Below, in pieces: positions 50,176-52,427 of a stretch of DNA of 52,427 nt. The stretch comes from Octopus sinensis (Eukaryota): assembly GCF_006345805.1 (NCBI RefSeq), contig NW_021833954.1, forward strand, positions 1 to 52,427, read 5' to 3'. Each line of letters starts with the position of its first letter. Position 1 is the stretch's first letter. A model generated the notes under the pieces. It was not told the DNA's origin. It saw nothing but the letters and a program-made list of their open reading frames with translations, and did no database searches. Made by a program: the position numbers and the translations under genes.

Positions 50176-50207
<32 letters not shown>

Positions 50208-50254
50208 TTATATATACAGACACACAAATACGCACATGCATATATTCTTTTATT

Positions 50255-50501
50255 TTTTTTTTTAATTGCTTCAGTCATGTGAGTGCGGCCATGCTGGGGC
50301 ACCGCCTTAAAGGATTTTACTCGAACAAATCGACCCTAGCACTTATTCTTTGTAAGCCCAGTACTTATTCTATCGGTCGCTTTTGCCGAACCGCTAAGTA
50401 ACGGGGATATAAACACAGCAGCACATCGGTTGTCAAGCAGTGATGGGGGAAGAAACACAGAAACACACATATAAATACGTACATGCATATGTAATATATA
50501 T

Positions 50502-50555
<54 letters not shown>

Positions 50556-50831
50556 GTATATATATATATATATACATACACACACAATATATATATATAT
50601 AATATATATATGTGTTATATATACATACATGCATATATGCTTGTATATACCTAATATACATATATACTACGGGCTTCTTTCAGTTTCCGTCTACTAAATC
50701 CACTTACATGGCTTTGGTCGACCCGAGGCTATAGTAGAAGACACTTGCCCAAGGTGCCACGCAGTGGAACTGAACCCAGAACCATGTGGTTGGGAAGCAA
50801 GTTTCTTAATACGCAGCCACGACTGCGCCTA
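50255..50831 (-). mobile_element. SINE-A with an expanded internal (TA)n
   Basis: Family motifs. Confidence 0.88.
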
Positions 50832-50835
50832 TATA

Positions 50836-51721
50836 CAGGATGCAATGGGTAAATTGTCGCCATTTTATGTTTTTAATTTTGCGCATGTGCATTGTTTGTT
50901 TTTGATTTTGTCGACTACATAGTATAGTAGGGTCAGATGAGCACCGTCTGTGAGAAAAGAAGCACCGTGACGCATTTAACTCTGCCAGAAATTTGGAAAC
51001 GACATGCTGTACTGTTTGACATTTGTGCCGGAAGCTCCAATAGAAACATTTCAGAATGTTTGGGTCTCAATTTGAGGATAGTGCAATCTGAGGACATGTA
51101 CCAAGAGTTGTAAAAATCAAACATCCAGTCAACATCATGGTGTTTGGAGTGATCACTAGTGATGGCGATGTTATGCCTCCATTCATCTTCCGACACGGCC
51201 CCAGGCTCAATACGGGGGCCTACGCCAAGTGCCTGGGGAAGCTAGTGCTGCCCTGGATGAAGAGGATGGGTGCTAGAAGACCCTATGTCAAGCAACAAGA
51301 CTCTGCTTCTTGTCACACAAACAGGTGAACCCAGTCATAGCTGTTAGACAATTTCTGCGACCACATCACCCCTAACATCTGGCCACCTAACTCCCCACAC
51401 TGCAACCCCCTTTATTATGTGTGGGGCACAACTGAGCAAGAAACTAACAAAACTACTTGTAACACCAAAGATGAACTGAAGGCAAGGATTATGGCAGCAT
51501 TCACCAACTTAAACAAGGAGACTGTCCAGAAAAGTTGCAGGAGATTCCGAAGTCGTCTGGAGACAGTGGTTGATGCCAATAGCGATTTTATTGAATAAGT
51601 TTACTCGTTAGTATTTCAAGATATTTTTATGCAATTTTGGTAAATATATCCGTTAAAATGAGATGCCAGTGTTATTTTCATTTTTGCGTAATTTAGACGA
51701 CAGTTTATTCTCTGCACCCTG
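50836..51721 (+). mobile_element. Deleted DD37D (maT-type) Tc1/mariner transposon
   Basis: Imperfect TIRs CAGGATGCA..TAAATTGTCG / CGACAGTTTA..TGCACCCTG; TA TSDs; IMVFGVITSDG.VMPPFIF...QQDSASCH...WPPNSPHCNPL.YVWG with 37 codons between the QQD Asp and the expected third Asp (lost). Confidence 0.88.
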
Positions 51722-51840
51722 TATATATAAATCATAATACACGGAGCTGGAACGAACAGGCTTTAACCCAAATATGATATAATCCATAGAGGAGCTTTTT
51801 AAAGCACGCTATTTAGCGATTACCTAGATGATATTAACCT

Positions 51841-51849
51841 ACAAACACA

Positions 51850-51890
<41 letters not shown>

Positions 51891-51893
51891 GAC

Positions 51894-51952
<59 letters not shown>

Positions 51953-52025
51953 CAGCGAGACAGCCAGAGAGACAGACAGGCAGGCAGGCAGGCAGACAGA
52001 CAGACAGTCAGACAGACAGACAGTC

Positions 52026-52068
<43 letters not shown>

Positions 52069-52090
52069 TAGATAGATAGACAGATATACA

Positions 52091-52124
<34 letters not shown>

Positions 52125-52125
52125 T
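51841..52125. repeat. Compound (CA)n(GATA)n(GACA)n(TA)n microsatellite
   Basis: Direct inspection. Confidence 0.95.
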
Positions 52126-52127
52126 AC

Positions 52128-52340
52128 ACACGACAGGGCGGGGGGGCTGAAAGGTTCTTGATTTGGAGCAAAAGAAAATACAGGAGGATTAGTTAATTAT
52201 GGTTTTATTCAACATATTCTCCTCTCAGATTCATACATTTATTGCAGTGGTCCTTCCGAAAAAGAATAAGGAAGTTTGGGCCTACAACTAGGCTTTTTGC
52301 TACACCCTTAAAGCCAGGAACTTTTCAGTAACACATCGTA
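52128..52340 (-). mobile_element. Mariner-derived MITE (same family as 47882, inverted)
   Basis: GCTGAAAGGTTCTTG...CCAGGAACTTTTCAG. Confidence 0.75.
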
Positions 52341-52427
52341 TATATACTTACATTTCATGAGTCACCTATTTTCTCCCTGTGACTTTATATCTATTATATC
52401 CGATGATATATATATATATATATATAT

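Overview
Repeat-dominated, AT-rich eukaryotic DNA with no credible host protein-coding gene, rRNA, tRNA gene or CRISPR array. The SINE families and dense (TA)n/(CA)n/(TATG)n/(ATT)n microsatellites are characteristic of octopus (coleoid cephalopod) genomes; this assignment is from recall and was not searched. The window holds about 40 copies or fragments of four tRNA-derived SINE types (labelled A-D here), non-LTR retrotransposon relics (Tx1/L1, R4/Dong with RLE endonuclease, RTE-like), three decayed Tc1/mariner transposons, and several MITEs or foldback elements. Four things stand out. (1) About a dozen minimal type-I hammerhead ribozyme motifs from several families lie in short non-coding elements, mostly within or next to microsatellites, suggesting Penelope-like pLTRs or retrozymes; one copy (45272-45319) has a canonical core. 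(2) A SINE shares its 3' stem-loop tail with a Tx1 LINE in the same window. (3) Tx1 and R4/Dong elements appear to target microsatellites. (4) SINE heads and tails are shuffled in a modular way. Most ORFs in the supplied track are microsatellite or SINE artefacts. Repeat boundaries are approximate unless a TSD or TIR is quoted.
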